Part shown: piece after piece, positions 47,489-58,047 of the stretch
Position numbering within the stretch: the first letter of the stretch is position 1
Layout: every line of letters begins with the position of its first letter
IMG/VR virus record: IMGVR_UViG_3300027734_000056
Location: 10,061-74,060 of that record
Length of the DNA: 64,000 nucleotides
Source of the DNA: a virus
Reading direction: 5' to 3' (one strand)
Notes under the pieces: model-generated
What the model was told of the DNA's origin: nothing
What the model saw: only the letters and a program-made list of their open reading frames with translations
The model's database searches: none
Program-made: the position numbers and the translations under genes

Positions 47489-49293
47489 GCTTCTATCCTT
47501 GACATATTTTTTGATTTTGTTACTTGTAGTTTTTCTAGTAGTGGATGGCTAAAACCATGAGATATTAAAAATGTATTAAGATTTTCTTCTTTTAATAACA
47601 CTTCAATTAATTTCTCTTTGCCTTCTGCATCTAGATTTTCTACTGTTTCGTCTAATATCAATAGGTTAGTTCTAGAATTAGATAAAGACTGCATTAGTTT
47701 ACGTATTGCAAGCAAAGTACATACATTTACTCTTGCTCGTTCTCCGCTACTTAAAGCAATAATATCTATATCATTGCCATTATCAGTAACTACTACATTT
47801 AGTTTATCAGAACTGGTTATTTTAAAACTTATCTGAAACCTGCCGTCTGCTAGTTCAGCTAAGTATTCGTTAGTTAAACTTTCTAGATCTTTGACTAAGC
47901 ACTCAATTTTATAAGCAACCAAACCTGTTGTTGAAAAGGCTTTTACTAAAACTTGCAGGTTAGTTAGTTCACTTACTTTTACTACTAATTCTGCATTCAG
48001 CTCTTTAAGATCCTTTTTCATAGAATCCATTTGTTCTGAAACTACAGAAATTTTGGAATTATGCTCTGCTATACTTTTATTTGCGTTTCGTGCATTACTA
48101 ATTCTTGTATTTATATTGTTTATAATTTCTTCTAGATTATTTATTTCTTCTATTAGTAAATCTTTATCAGTTAATTTTTCGCTAATATCTGTGTCAATTA
48201 AAGCATGATACTTTTCTATTTCTAAAACTTTATCATTATGGGTTTTCCAGTCTTTGACTCGTGTTTCGGCATCTTCTATGAAAACAGTTAATTTAACTAT
48301 TTCTTTTTCTAGTTCTGGTCTTCTGTTATTTCTAAAATCTTCTGCCATTGAGTACATTGTGGTATTATCAATGGTTTGCTTACAAGTAACACAAGTACTA
48401 ATCGGTTCACTACATTTTGCTGCTAGTTTGCCACCTTCTTGCAGTTCTTTTTTAAGAACTGCCAAGTCAACTTTTAGCGAATTTATTTTATCACTTGTTG
48501 GCGGCTCGCTTGGCGCAGCTCCAATTTTTATTTTGGACAGCAATTCTTTGTATTTGTTATTGTTTATTACCTTTTTATTGGTAGTTTCAATATTCTTTAA
48601 TTCGTTTGTTTTTGTGTTAAGCTCTGAAACTAGTTCTGTTGGGGCTTCAGGCTCTTCAACTGGTTCTTTTGGTGTTAAATCAAAGTTTTGATATTTTTTA
48701 ATCCAAGACTCTATTGTACCAATTTTTGTTTGTATTGCATCAACAGTTTTATTAGCATCACTAGCTAAGTTTTTAAATACATCACTAGCTTTTGTGTAGA
48801 TGTTTAAATTTAATAAATCTATCAAAAACTTTTTTCGTGCAGTATCAGTTGCTGTTAAAAACTCAAGCGATCCCACACTGCTTTGATACACAATTTGACT
48901 AAAAGTTTTATGGTCATAACCTATAATATACTCAAGAGCTTTGTAAGTTCCTGTGGCAGTGTGATTGCTAATATCTACGCCATCACGGTAGAGCTTTACA
49001 GTTGAGTTTGCACCAGTTCTTGTGGTTTTAACGCAGTACTCTACTCCATCTTTGTCAAAATCAAGTTCTATTGTATAATTCTTATCTTTAGTGTATCTGT
49101 TAAGAATATCTGCTTTTTTAATCTTTTTGCTGTTTTGGTTGTATAATACTTCTTCTATGATTAAGGCTATGGAACTTTTTCCATGTCCATTTTTACCAAC
49201 AATTTGTGTTAGCGGACTGCCATTAAGTGTAACTGTATTATCTGTGCCATAAGAAAAAGCATTACTCCATCTTAGTTCTTTAAAAGTTATCAT
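47485..49293 (-). CDS. D13: D13 SbcC/Rad50-like ATPase
   Basis: Walker A GKNGHGKSS, coiled coil with CVTC zinc hook, LSSGE signature, LLILDE, ISH. Confidence 0.92.
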   Translation of the reverse strand: MITFKELRWSNAFSYGTDNTVTLNGSPLTQIVGKNGHGKSSIALIIEEVLYNQNSKKIKKADILNRYTKDKNYTIELDFDKDGVEYCVKTTRTGANSTVKLYRDGVDISNHTATGTYKALEYIIGYDHKTFSQIVYQSSVGSLEFLTATDTARKKFLIDLLNLNIYTKASDVFKNLASDANKTVDAIQTKIGTIESWIKKYQNFDLTPKEPVEEPEAPTELVSELNTKTNELKNIETTNKKVINNNKYKELLSKIKIGAAPSEPPTSDKINSLKVDLAVLKKELQEGGKLAAKCSEPISTCVTCKQTIDNTTMYSMAEDFRNNRRPELEKEIVKLTVFIEDAETRVKDWKTHNDKVLEIEKYHALIDTDISEKLTDKDLLIEEINNLEEIINNINTRISNARNANKSIAEHNSKISVVSEQMDSMKKDLKELNAELVVKVSELTNLQVLVKAFSTTGLVAYKIECLVKDLESLTNEYLAELADGRFQISFKITSSDKLNVVVTDNGNDIDIIALSSGERARVNVCTLLAIRKLMQSLSNSRTNLLILDETVENLDAEGKEKLIEVLLKEENLNTFLISHGFSHPLLEKLQVTKSKNMSRIEA

Positions 49294-50246
49294 TCTATTG
49301 CAATCTTATCTAAGTTATTATTTAGAACTTGTACTATGTCTTCAACAGTTTTTTCTGGAAGTTGAAGTATGTAAGTTAAATACTCCTGAAGTTCAGCTGC
49401 CAGAGTCATGTTAGGGTCTAGTATTAGTGCTGTATCAGATTGACGTTTTACAACTTTTTTATCTATTAAACTACTATCGGCTAATGAGCCTAATTCAGCC
49501 ATATCACCTTCAATTTCATAGATTGTGTGGTCGTATTCAGTAGCTGGCATAGCATCGCCTGCACGAATAGTTTTACGAATAAGTTGCGGAAGCTCTAGCT
49601 TTATCCACTCATGAGCCAGCGTAGTACTATCAAACACGATAACGCCTGTATCAACCCTGTTGCGATGAAAACTGGTAGTGACAGGGCTTCCAGGATATAG
49701 TATGTTGCGCTGGCAATTATCATAGCTATGCAAATCGCCTGCAAGGACCACTTGCCAGCGATCAAATAGTGCCAAATCAATTTCAGGTTTAACATGGGGT
49801 GGAATCTCGCCACGAACGTGTGTAAAACAAATGTCACCGTGTGTTAAATGCGGTGCCTTTTCAAATTCTTTTAGTTTATTGTATGGAATAAAATCCATAT
49901 TTTCTATTTGGTAATAATCATCTATTACTGTTACTAAACTGTTAAGTCTAGTAGTGCTACGCTTTAAATAACTAAAAAACGTAGTGTCTTTCTTTAAGGC
50001 TTCATGATTGCCTGCATAAATAATGCAAGGAATTGTTATTGAAGCTATTAGATCAAAGTAAACTTCCAGCTCATCCATAGTGGGCATACGATCAAATACG
50101 TCACCACCAAGCACTAGTAAATCACAATTTGCTTGAATTTGTTGCAGCTGTTCTATAAACAGTTTGTAGCGGTTAAGTGCCCAGTCTATTGGCACATTTT
50201 TTTGACCTAGTTTTATATGTATATCTGCTGTAAATAGTATTTTCAT
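49290..50246 (-). CDS. D12: D12 SbcD/Mre11-like nuclease
   Basis: ADIH, GGDVFD, GNHE, GDLH and YPGS motifs. Confidence 0.92.
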   Translation of the reverse strand: MKILFTADIHIKLGQKNVPIDWALNRYKLFIEQLQQIQANCDLLVLGGDVFDRMPTMDELEVYFDLIASITIPCIIYAGNHEALKKDTTFFSYLKRSTTRLNSLVTVIDDYYQIENMDFIPYNKLKEFEKAPHLTHGDICFTHVRGEIPPHVKPEIDLALFDRWQVVLAGDLHSYDNCQRNILYPGSPVTTSFHRNRVDTGVIVFDSTTLAHEWIKLELPQLIRKTIRAGDAMPATEYDHTIYEIEGDMAELGSLADSSLIDKKVVKRQSDTALILDPNMTLAAELQEYLTYILQLPEKTVEDIVQVLNNNLDKIAIE

Positions 50247-50266
50247 TAATTCTTTCTTTTCAGCGC

Positions 50267-50299
50267 AAAAAGCCCCTTGAACCTAAATCCAAGGGGCTT
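50267..50299 (-). terminator. Intrinsic terminator after D11
   Basis: GCCCCTTG/CAAGGGGC stem with a U tract on the minus strand. Confidence 0.8.
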
Positions 50300-50303
50300 G
50301 ACT

Positions 50304-50939
50304 TTATTGTGTTAAATCACTAACTGATTCAGCGTCAACACCACTATCATTACCTTCTTCTGCACCTGCAGACAGTCGATCTAGAGTGGCCTTAACTTCA
50401 TCAGCAGTAGCACGAGGAAATTTTTCATCAATGGCAACGGCTTGTTCAACGATTGCTTTTTCTTCTTTGCTTAGTGCGCGCTTTTTACAACGCAAAACTG
50501 ATAGTGTATATTCAACATTAAATGCAAGCGGCCCAGTTTTAACTCGTTTGAACACTACATCCCAGCCTGTGTCAAGATCAGTAGGATCACCTAAGTCTTC
50601 TGCTGCACTGCAAATTTGCTCAAACAATTTTTTCTTTAAGTTTAAAACAACTACTTTACCGTCTACTAATGCGTTTACAGAGTAGCTCCAGCTGCATTTT
50701 TTATCTGCGTAATAGTCAGGAACATGATCGTATTCAGTGTTTGTAAACTTTTCTTTTTCACGATCAAAAGCAAGGCACTCAACTGGAATATCTTTGTTGT
50801 TTGTACCCTTTAACCAGTAAATATATCTGGGTAAAATGCCACCAACTAGTCTAACAGTATTTTCACCGTCTTTGTAAGCGTATGCTTCGTATGAGCTTTT
50901 AATTGCTTTGCCTTTTGTTTGTGTAAATGCTAATGCCAT
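50304..50939 (-). CDS. D11: D11-like single-stranded DNA-binding protein
   Basis: RY.YW, ECL.FDR, LGDPTD..TGWD..F.R.KTGP..FNVEY motifs; acidic tail; T5 synteny. Confidence 0.85.
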   Translation of the reverse strand: MALAFTQTKGKAIKSSYEAYAYKDGENTVRLVGGILPRYIYWLKGTNNKDIPVECLAFDREKEKFTNTEYDHVPDYYADKKCSWSYSVNALVDGKVVVLNLKKKLFEQICSAAEDLGDPTDLDTGWDVVFKRVKTGPLAFNVEYTLSVLRCKKRALSKEEKAIVEQAVAIDEKFPRATADEVKATLDRLSAGAEEGNDSGVDAESVSDLTQ

Positions 50940-50942
50940 TTT

Positions 50943-51323
50943 TTAGTTTTCCTCGTATTTAAATTTAATTTCTTTTTGTGTTATTGTTAACAACGGATTG
51001 TTTTTAATTGCGTCATATTTTATATCTGGAAAATATGAAGTATCTAGTGCCTTGTATTTGTAAAGTTTATATAAACTGTAATCTCTATATGCTGCCAATT
51101 TTATGTATTGTACTTTATATAAAATGTCTGTTGACAAGTCTTCAAACAAAGGCTTTGGATGTAGAATGTAACTACTTCCTGCCAGTGGTATGCTGCTGGG
51201 TTTATACTTTGACTTTTTGTTTGCCAATCTGCCTGTGTAGTGGTACTCAAGTAAAGTAATAAACTTATCTGCATTTGTACCACATTGAGATTCTAAAACC
51301 TTTAAGTTAAAAAATAAAGCCAT
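50943..51323 (-). CDS. Hypothetical protein at a conserved T5-like position (between D10 and D11)
   Basis: 126 aa; GSS.I...YI.LA..R.Y...NPLL...F.YE pattern; GAGG upstream. Confidence 0.75.
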   Translation of the reverse strand: MALFFNLKVLESQCGTNADKFITLLEYHYTGRLANKKSKYKPSSIPLAGSSYILHPKPLFEDLSTDILYKVQYIKLAAYRDYSLYKLYKYKALDTSYFPDIKYDAIKNNPLLTITQKEIKFKYEEN

Positions 51324-51343
51324 TGTGCCTCTCTGACATAAGT

Positions 51344-51372
51344 ATTATAACATAATTTTATAGGTAACACAA
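51344..51372 (-). promoter_or_regulatory. Sigma70-type promoter upstream of the D11 operon
   Basis: TTGTGT-17 bp-TATAAT with extended -10 TG. Confidence 0.75.
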
Positions 51373-51380
51373 GTGTAAAT

Positions 51381-52673
51381 TTATGTTCCCACCACTTGCC
51401 AACCTTTTCGTGAATAAAAGGCAAGTCGTTCTTTGTTTTGTTTTTTGTCGCTTGGACCGCTAAAATTCATATCAAGTACAACTGGTTGAAGCTTGTTTTC
51501 ATGTTGACGCATTATTCGCCCAATTATTTGTTCTAGTAATGCGTCATTTGCAATGGGACTTGCCAAGATAACACAGCTGAGTATGTTGATTGAGATGCCT
51601 TCTGAGAAGATTTGACGGCTACCAGCAATGCAGCTTTTTTCTCCGTTTTCCACTTGTTGTTTAAGGGCAGTTCTTTCTTCATACGTTGTGCCCCCAGTAA
51701 TACACACACAGTCTTTGCCAATTAGTTCTCCCACTTGTTGTAAAAATTCTACTCTATCTGCAATAATTAATACTTTGTGACCCTTATCTATTTGCAGTTT
51801 TGCTACTGTTGCAATAAACTGTTGGTAGTCAGGATCATACTGTAAGATATTCATTTTTTTAACCCAAGGCTCACCTTGTGCTAAACTAACACCAGTTTGT
51901 ACAATTTGTACTATGGGAGTCATTGTGTTTGAGCTTGGTGGCTGATGCAGTTGAAAACCAAAAAAGTCTTTAAACAAAATATGTTTGCCGTCTTTTCTGC
52001 TCATTGTACCACTTAAGCCAATTTTATATCTAGCATGCATGCCGTCAATAAAACTAGTAAAAGTACTAGCAGGACAGTGGTGTGCTTCATCAATGATTAC
52101 TGTGCCGAATTCTTTGCTAATTTGTGGCAAAATTTTAGTTAGTGTTTGTATATTACCAACTACTAGTGCATGATCTATATCAAAGTGGCCGCTGCCAATT
52201 ATGCCAATAGGCATATTATAGATCTTTTTAGCTTCTTCAATCCACTGATCTCGCAGCATGGTGTTGTGACACACAATAAGTGTTTTTTTGCCTAATTTTC
52301 GTACTATATGCAGCGCACAAAACGTTTTTCCCCAACCTACCATGGCATTAATAAAACACGTATCTGAAACAGCGTCATAAACTGTTTGCTGATCGGGTCG
52401 TAAATTTAATTTTGGCACAGGAAATGGCATTTCTTGATTTATGCGTTTGTCAATGATTTCAAAGTTTTTAGGAATTAAATCAGTTCTGCCTATTGGAATA
52501 GTAATAACATTTTTGCCTACCAATTTGAAATTTTTAATAATTTCAAACTGACTGAAGTGGGTAGCACCTGGAATATTTTTTTTAATTTTGTAAGTTAGGG
52601 TACGAATTAGCTGTTGCGTTAGTTCAGGGGTTGTGTCTAGGTATATTCGGTTTGAAAGTACGGCTTTGGGCAT
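51381..52673 (-). CDS. D10: D10 superfamily 2 helicase
   Basis: VGWGKT, DEAHH, GLSGT, EGIS and Q..GRI.R motifs; start probably at the TAATG overlap at 52673. Confidence 0.92.
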   Translation of the reverse strand: MPKAVLSNRIYLDTTPELTQQLIRTLTYKIKKNIPGATHFSQFEIIKNFKLVGKNVITIPIGRTDLIPKNFEIIDKRINQEMPFPVPKLNLRPDQQTVYDAVSDTCFINAMVGWGKTFCALHIVRKLGKKTLIVCHNTMLRDQWIEEAKKIYNMPIGIIGSGHFDIDHALVVGNIQTLTKILPQISKEFGTVIIDEAHHCPASTFTSFIDGMHARYKIGLSGTMSRKDGKHILFKDFFGFQLHQPPSSNTMTPIVQIVQTGVSLAQGEPWVKKMNILQYDPDYQQFIATVAKLQIDKGHKVLIIADRVEFLQQVGELIGKDCVCITGGTTYEERTALKQQVENGEKSCIAGSRQIFSEGISINILSCVILASPIANDALLEQIIGRIMRQHENKLQPVVLDMNFSGPSDKKQNKERLAFYSRKGWQVVGT

Positions 52674-53233
52674 TAAATCATTCTCCAAGTGCTGTCATAG
52701 TGTTGGTCGTAAAAACCATATAGTATATGATTTTTTTGAAATGTTAGTACGCCCACATGAGTTTTGTCTGGCTTTGGCGGATAAAGAGCTTTAAATCTAG
52801 TTGTTATATCCACACACTGAACTACGACTCCGCCAGTTGGTATGGGTATTAAGTTTTCTATTTTGTGAAAAGTTAAACGTGCACGATTTGATTTTTTATA
52901 ACGAAATATACTGCCTACACTATCAATAAACCAAGTTTTTCTATCGGCCAGTTTTATTAAATCGCCCAAAAAGTATAAGGCATTGGTTAGCTTGGCTAGT
53001 GGAACAGCTTGATTTTTTAGCACCAATCTGCGGCGGCTTAGGGTATCATGTGGTATGTTTCTGTCATCTAGTATAGTATACTTTATAGTTTTAACAGACT
53101 CTGACTTTTCGTGTCGTTCTCTTTCAGCATAGTAATACACAAGCCCATTATCTATCTGAGGCTCGTGTATTCCTATTTTAAATACGGGAAAGTGTATTGT
53201 CTGTAAGTTGGTAATATTTATCAAATTTTCCAA
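52673..53233 (-). CDS. Hypothetical protein at a conserved T5-like position (between pol and D10)
   Basis: FPV, LDD.N, RRL and FIDS.G..F.YKK motifs; synteny. Confidence 0.75.
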   Translation of the reverse strand: MENLINITNLQTIHFPVFKIGIHEPQIDNGLVYYYAERERHEKSESVKTIKYTILDDRNIPHDTLSRRRLVLKNQAVPLAKLTNALYFLGDLIKLADRKTWFIDSVGSIFRYKKSNRARLTFHKIENLIPIPTGGVVVQCVDITTRFKALYPPKPDKTHVGVLTFQKNHILYGFYDQHYDSTWRMI

Positions 53234-55463
53234 AACTATAATCCTGCCCTATGTCTTGATCTACCCCTATTGGGCAGTTTTTAATAGAACAACCCCTGTC
53301 TTTTTGTGTATTTCTTTTTAAGATTTCACAGTACTGTTCAACGTCTTCGTCTTTTACTAGTGCCACTATTGAGTCATGCACTAACATAAATATTTTAGCG
53401 TCTAGTTTTTTATCGGCAATTTCATTGGCAGTATCTATTGCTGCAAGTAAATTTACATCACTAGCAATAGATTGGATTTCTGAGTTGATGCCTGACCTAA
53501 CCTCATGGGCGGCAATACCTTTATCTGAGCTAAACACATTGACAAGCCTACGCTTGCGCCCAAAAAAACTATAAGTATAACCATTTTGTTCAATAAATTC
53601 TTTGCGACTGTTAAGCCAGCTTTTAAGACCACTAAACTTTGTAAAGTAGGCCTTAATATCATCTTTTGCTCTTTCAACACCATATGTTTCTCCAGTTGAC
53701 TTAGACACTGTGTCTGATACCTTTTGTGGACCAGACCCGTACAAAATACCAAACGAAATAGCTTTAGCACTTTGACGTTTATCAGCAAACAGCTTTTTAA
53801 CATCTTCTACTTGACAAACTAAATCAAACACCATTTTAGCAATAGTTGAGTGAAAGTCGCCTTTTGAAATAAAAACTTGTTGTAAGTTACGATCGCCACT
53901 TAATACGGCAGCATAATACATTTCTGCAGTTGCCAAGTCTTGACTTACAATCTTATAGCCAAGTGGAGCTCGAATACATCCTTTAATGATTGGGTCATCT
54001 CGTGGAATTTGTTGAGCATTAAATTTGCCGCTACTTGATAGACGACCAGATGTGGTAAAAATAAGGTTAAAATTAGTGCGAATTCTATCATCTTTGTCCA
54101 ATTCAGGTAAAATTTTACTTATATAAGTATTTTTAATCTTTCCTAGCTTTCGTACATTTAGAATAGCCCCTGGTAGCGGGTGTTCTTCAGATAGTTCTTC
54201 TAGAACTTCTGCATCTGTTGATATAGCGCCTGTACCAGTCTTTTTACCTGTTGGAGTTAGTCCAACATAGTCAAATAATACTTTTCTAAGTTGCTGCACA
54301 CTGTTTGGATTAAAGATTACTCCAGTATCTTGTTCAAACTTTTTTACGGCTTCAAACTTATAAATTTCTTGTTTTGCTTCTACAACGCAAAAATCTAAGT
54401 AATCTTCTGCATGTGTCATACGTAATCTGTCAATTGGTATGCCCACTTCTTCCATATCCATTAAAAATAATGTGCCTGGAAGCAGTAGTGTGTTATATAC
54501 AGAAAGAAGTTTTGCGTTCTTTTGTACTGCAGGCCAAAATTTGTTGAATAAAGTATAAGTTACAGCAGTATCAACGGCAGCATACTTTGCCAGTATATCA
54601 AAAGGAATCAAATCATAAGTAAAGTCATCTACTAGTACACCGTTTGCAGCACAGTATGTCTTTTTAAAACTGTCTAGTTCACTGTCGTAATCGCCGTAAT
54701 CTGTGTATTTTAATGCCAGCTGTTTTAATCCATGACTGTCGTTTTCATCTAGTACATAGTGTAACAACATTGTATCATGTACTCTGCTGCGATCAAACTT
54801 TAGTCCTAGATGATACCCAATCATTTTAACGTCAAACTTCATGTTGTGAAATACAACGTGATATTTTGCAATTATTTTTTCAAGCAGTTGCATACACTCT
54901 TCATCTAAGCAATCTGCATTAATATACACACCTTGTTTATCTTTGTAGCTTAGGGACAGTCCTAAAATATGCCCGTCTCTGGGATACAAACAATTGGTTT
55001 CAGTATCCATTGTTACAAAGTAATTTGCATTGTCATATGCTTCTTGCAAAGCGGTTTTTGCCTCTTTAGTGCTAGTAATGCCCTTGTACTCGCCAGTTAA
55101 AACATTGTTAGTGAGTTCTTTAGTAATATACTTGTGTATACGATCAACCGCACGATCAAAATCTGGCTTGCCTTCTGGTTTAAAATGCAACATTGCTGGA
55201 TTGCTAATACAAATAAATTTATCATGCATTAGTTGTCCTGCATAATTAGTAATACTACTAATTTTTGCATATTCTTTTGCAGCTTCGCTGCCCACCAATA
55301 TAACAAACTCATACTGATCTAGGTCAACTACTAGGTCAACGTCTTTTTTCAGTAATTTTGTAATTGGTACAGAACTCATGTGAAATAAATCAAATGCGAA
55401 TTTGAAATAACTTTCATACTTATTACGACTTGGAGCTTTATCTATAATTGCAATTTTGTTCAT
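53178..55463 (-). CDS. Family A DNA polymerase (T5-like)
   Basis: 3'-5' exonuclease DTET / HNMKFD / YAAVD; TSGRLSS; motif A QDLATAE; motif B RQSAKAISFGILYG; motif C VHDS. Confidence 0.96.
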   Translation of the reverse strand: MNKIAIIDKAPSRNKYESYFKFAFDLFHMSSVPITKLLKKDVDLVVDLDQYEFVILVGSEAAKEYAKISSITNYAGQLMHDKFICISNPAMLHFKPEGKPDFDRAVDRIHKYITKELTNNVLTGEYKGITSTKEAKTALQEAYDNANYFVTMDTETNCLYPRDGHILGLSLSYKDKQGVYINADCLDEECMQLLEKIIAKYHVVFHNMKFDVKMIGYHLGLKFDRSRVHDTMLLHYVLDENDSHGLKQLALKYTDYGDYDSELDSFKKTYCAANGVLVDDFTYDLIPFDILAKYAAVDTAVTYTLFNKFWPAVQKNAKLLSVYNTLLLPGTLFLMDMEEVGIPIDRLRMTHAEDYLDFCVVEAKQEIYKFEAVKKFEQDTGVIFNPNSVQQLRKVLFDYVGLTPTGKKTGTGAISTDAEVLEELSEEHPLPGAILNVRKLGKIKNTYISKILPELDKDDRIRTNFNLIFTTSGRLSSSGKFNAQQIPRDDPIIKGCIRAPLGYKIVSQDLATAEMYYAAVLSGDRNLQQVFISKGDFHSTIAKMVFDLVCQVEDVKKLFADKRQSAKAISFGILYGSGPQKVSDTVSKSTGETYGVERAKDDIKAYFTKFSGLKSWLNSRKEFIEQNGYTYSFFGRKRRLVNVFSSDKGIAAHEVRSGINSEIQSIASDVNLLAAIDTANEIADKKLDAKIFMLVHDSIVALVKDEDVEQYCEILKRNTQKDRGCSIKNCPIGVDQDIGQDYSFGKFDKYYQLTDNTLSRI

Positions 55464-56311
55464 TTTGTATATTCAATTAATGAGTCTATATCTTCTTGCC
55501 CTAACACACCTGGATCCTGTCCTTCAGGTAGATCAATAACTTCTACAATAAATCCAGATTGTTCAATTAGGGGTTTTATCTTTTTTGCGGCTTCACGACC
55601 TGCATCATCTCCGTCATAAAGTATAAATATTTTTTCAATACCCATTACTTTATAAGGAAATAGCTTTTCTGAAACATCTTTTAGTAATTTACTTGTCCCA
55701 AAAGTACATACAACATTTTGTAATCCTTTGTCAAAGCAGTTAAGCATATCAAATATCCCTTCTACTAAAATCATAGTTTTATACTGTGAATCTAGTTTTG
55801 CGGGAAATAAAGGAATAGTAACGCCACTAGGGTAGTTTACATATCTGGGATTTCCACTACTCATGGTATGACGACCAACATAACAAACAGTTTTTCCACG
55901 AATATCTGTAATTGGAAACACAATACGATCTAACATTTGTTCAACTCTATCTGTGTCAAATGCTTTAAAGTATTTTAATGTTTGTACGCTTATGCCCCTA
56001 AATGTTTGTGTTATGGGTTTGGCGCCGTCAAGTTCTTCAAGCCCATTTGTGCTTTCTCGCAAAGTTTTTAGTTTTTCTTTGAGTTTTACTGTTTTTATAG
56101 ACAGGTTATTGGTTAGCAGCCCATAGTGTTTAAAAATGTTAGTTTTAAATCCGCAACTAAAACAATGCGCTACACCTGTTAGTCTATCTATTCGGAATGA
56201 AGGTGATCTGTCTTCGTGCTCTGGATTAAAACATTTTGTAACATAGTCTTTACCAGAAATAGAAAAACTAACACCTTTATCTTTTAATAAATCTAGTACA
56301 GGATCACTCAT
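55460..56311 (-). CDS. DNA primase
   Basis: Zn finger C....H...CFSC; TOPRIM LVEGIFD and YDGDDAG; start probably at the TAATG overlap at 56311. Confidence 0.92.
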   Translation of the reverse strand: MSDPVLDLLKDKGVSFSISGKDYVTKCFNPEHEDRSPSFRIDRLTGVAHCFSCGFKTNIFKHYGLLTNNLSIKTVKLKEKLKTLRESTNGLEELDGAKPITQTFRGISVQTLKYFKAFDTDRVEQMLDRIVFPITDIRGKTVCYVGRHTMSSGNPRYVNYPSGVTIPLFPAKLDSQYKTMILVEGIFDMLNCFDKGLQNVVCTFGTSKLLKDVSEKLFPYKVMGIEKIFILYDGDDAGREAAKKIKPLIEQSGFIVEVIDLPEGQDPGVLGQEDIDSLIEYTK

Positions 56312-57687
56312 TATGTATTCCAAGGTAAGTCAGCAGGTTCTTCTGATGTTATTGCTCGTTTAATTTTTGTTTTTTCTTTTTCTGCTTGTTGCGGCTTTTC
56401 TATAGATATAGGGCTAATTCTTAGAGTATCCCAATCCATACCACTTGTAAATCTCATCTCTTTAGCACCACGAATCTTTGTAGTTTCAAAACTCATGGCG
56501 TTGTCTTCTTTACTGTTTGGTTCCATTAGTAAAGCAATGTCGGCTGCATCTAAAATACCTTTAGCAAAACGCGCTTCACCTTTATCATCAATCTGATAGG
56601 GGCTTACAATAACAATATCATATTTTCTTGCTAATTCTTTTAGTTTCTTTGATATAATAACTTGTGGTTGCCAATCAAACTGGCTAGCACCTTCAACTAC
56701 AATTTGATTTAAATAATCAATTACTGCCACATTAAAGTTATCACCAAATCTAGCTTTCATTTTTCCCAAATGTAGATCAATAGAACTTAAGCTAAGTGCT
56801 CTATCATCTATAATAACCATTTGATTATCTTCTTTTAGAGCACACGTTCTTGTCAAAGTTTCTTCAAACTTAAAACGATCTCTATCTTTTAAATATTCTT
56901 TTACCAAATGGTCTGCATCTGAATACATTCCTGCTCTGGCTTTTACAACTTTTAAAATATCATCATCACTAAGAGTGTTATTTTTTAAGTTTTGATGGTT
57001 TACATTGGCTAAAATACTCATGTTTCGCTGTAGCGTTTCATGAGCAACCATTTCAATCGTAAAGTATATACAAGAGTTACCACTCTCGTATTGATTAATC
57101 ATAATATTACTACAAGTAATAGACTTTCCAGAACCTCGTCTGCCGCCAATTAATATTAATTCTTGTCTAGCAGCACCGCCAAGTACAGAGTCAAAAGTAT
57201 TGTTTAATCCAAGATGTACTCGTGTTTTAGCAAGCTCATCTGGTCGTATAAACAGTAAAATATCTGACATGGTGTATACACCTTCTGTTGTCAGAGTCTT
57301 TTCATCCAAGGTTAGTACTATACTCGCTAGATTTTCTTTTATCTCTGTGCTGTCATAGATAGGCAATTTATCTATAAATTTATCTAGTAAATTTATACAC
57401 TGATTTTGAGTATACTGATCTATTAATGCATCTAATGCAACTTCTGCATTAACATCCGTGTCATCAATAAGCCTAAGAGTAGCTAGCGTTTTTTGTGCCA
57501 AACCCTCCCGTGCAGTAGCTTCTAAATCATCAAACGATGGTATAGTACTATACTTATCATAGTACTTATTTATTAAACTATAAACCGAAGAGTAGGCAGG
57601 ATCCAAAAATGCTAATTTTAACTTACTCCAAACATCTAAGTTTTTCTCAGTAAGTAACTTATTTAGAACAACTGCACTAATATCCAT
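56311..57687 (-). CDS. D6: DnaB-like replicative helicase (T5 D6-like)
   Basis: GGRRGSGKS, FTIEM, IDYLN, PYQ and RFAKGILDAAD motifs. Confidence 0.9.
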   Translation of the reverse strand: MDISAVVLNKLLTEKNLDVWSKLKLAFLDPAYSSVYSLINKYYDKYSTIPSFDDLEATAREGLAQKTLATLRLIDDTDVNAEVALDALIDQYTQNQCINLLDKFIDKLPIYDSTEIKENLASIVLTLDEKTLTTEGVYTMSDILLFIRPDELAKTRVHLGLNNTFDSVLGGAARQELILIGGRRGSGKSITCSNIMINQYESGNSCIYFTIEMVAHETLQRNMSILANVNHQNLKNNTLSDDDILKVVKARAGMYSDADHLVKEYLKDRDRFKFEETLTRTCALKEDNQMVIIDDRALSLSSIDLHLGKMKARFGDNFNVAVIDYLNQIVVEGASQFDWQPQVIISKKLKELARKYDIVIVSPYQIDDKGEARFAKGILDAADIALLMEPNSKEDNAMSFETTKIRGAKEMRFTSGMDWDTLRISPISIEKPQQAEKEKTKIKRAITSEEPADLPWNT

Positions 57688-57986
57688 TAAACTACCTTGC
57701 TTTCGTTATCAATAATAACTTGATCTAAAATCTCTTGTAGTTTAAAAAGAGTTTCATTTCTAAGTTTTTGAATATTGCTTTGATAACTAAATTTATCATC
57801 AAATAATAAACCTAGTTGTTGATGTGTTATAATCTGCTGCAATCCAAAATAGATTAAATCGTGCGGTTTTGTAGATTCAGGCATAATATCTACTCTAGTA
57901 TTTTTGCCATAATTGTGTACAGCTTGTTGCACTACTTCTTCAACAGTTAACGCTTCATTGTCGTGATATGTAATAGTTATTTTCAT
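57687..57986 (-). CDS. Hypothetical protein
   Basis: 99 aa; TAATG coupling to the helicase. Confidence 0.65.
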   Translation of the reverse strand: MKITITYHDNEALTVEEVVQQAVHNYGKNTRVDIMPESTKPHDLIYFGLQQIITHQQLGLLFDDKFSYQSNIQKLRNETLFKLQEILDQVIIDNESKVV

Positions 57987-57996
57987 AGCTTAAAGT

Positions 57997-58030
57997 AAAA
58001 AAGGTCGGGAGTCAATAATAACTCCCGACC
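57997..58030 (-). terminator. Intrinsic terminator after D5
   Basis: GGTCGGGAGT/ACTCCCGACC 10-bp stem plus a U6 tract on the minus strand. Confidence 0.85.
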
Positions 58031-58047
58031 CAAAATCAATTTAATGA

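Noticed and set aside
43683-57687. Inteins, introns or homing endonucleases in nrdJ, polymerase or helicases
   Set aside because: Lengths are normal, motifs are contiguous, and no splice-junction or LAGLIDADG/HNH signatures were seen.
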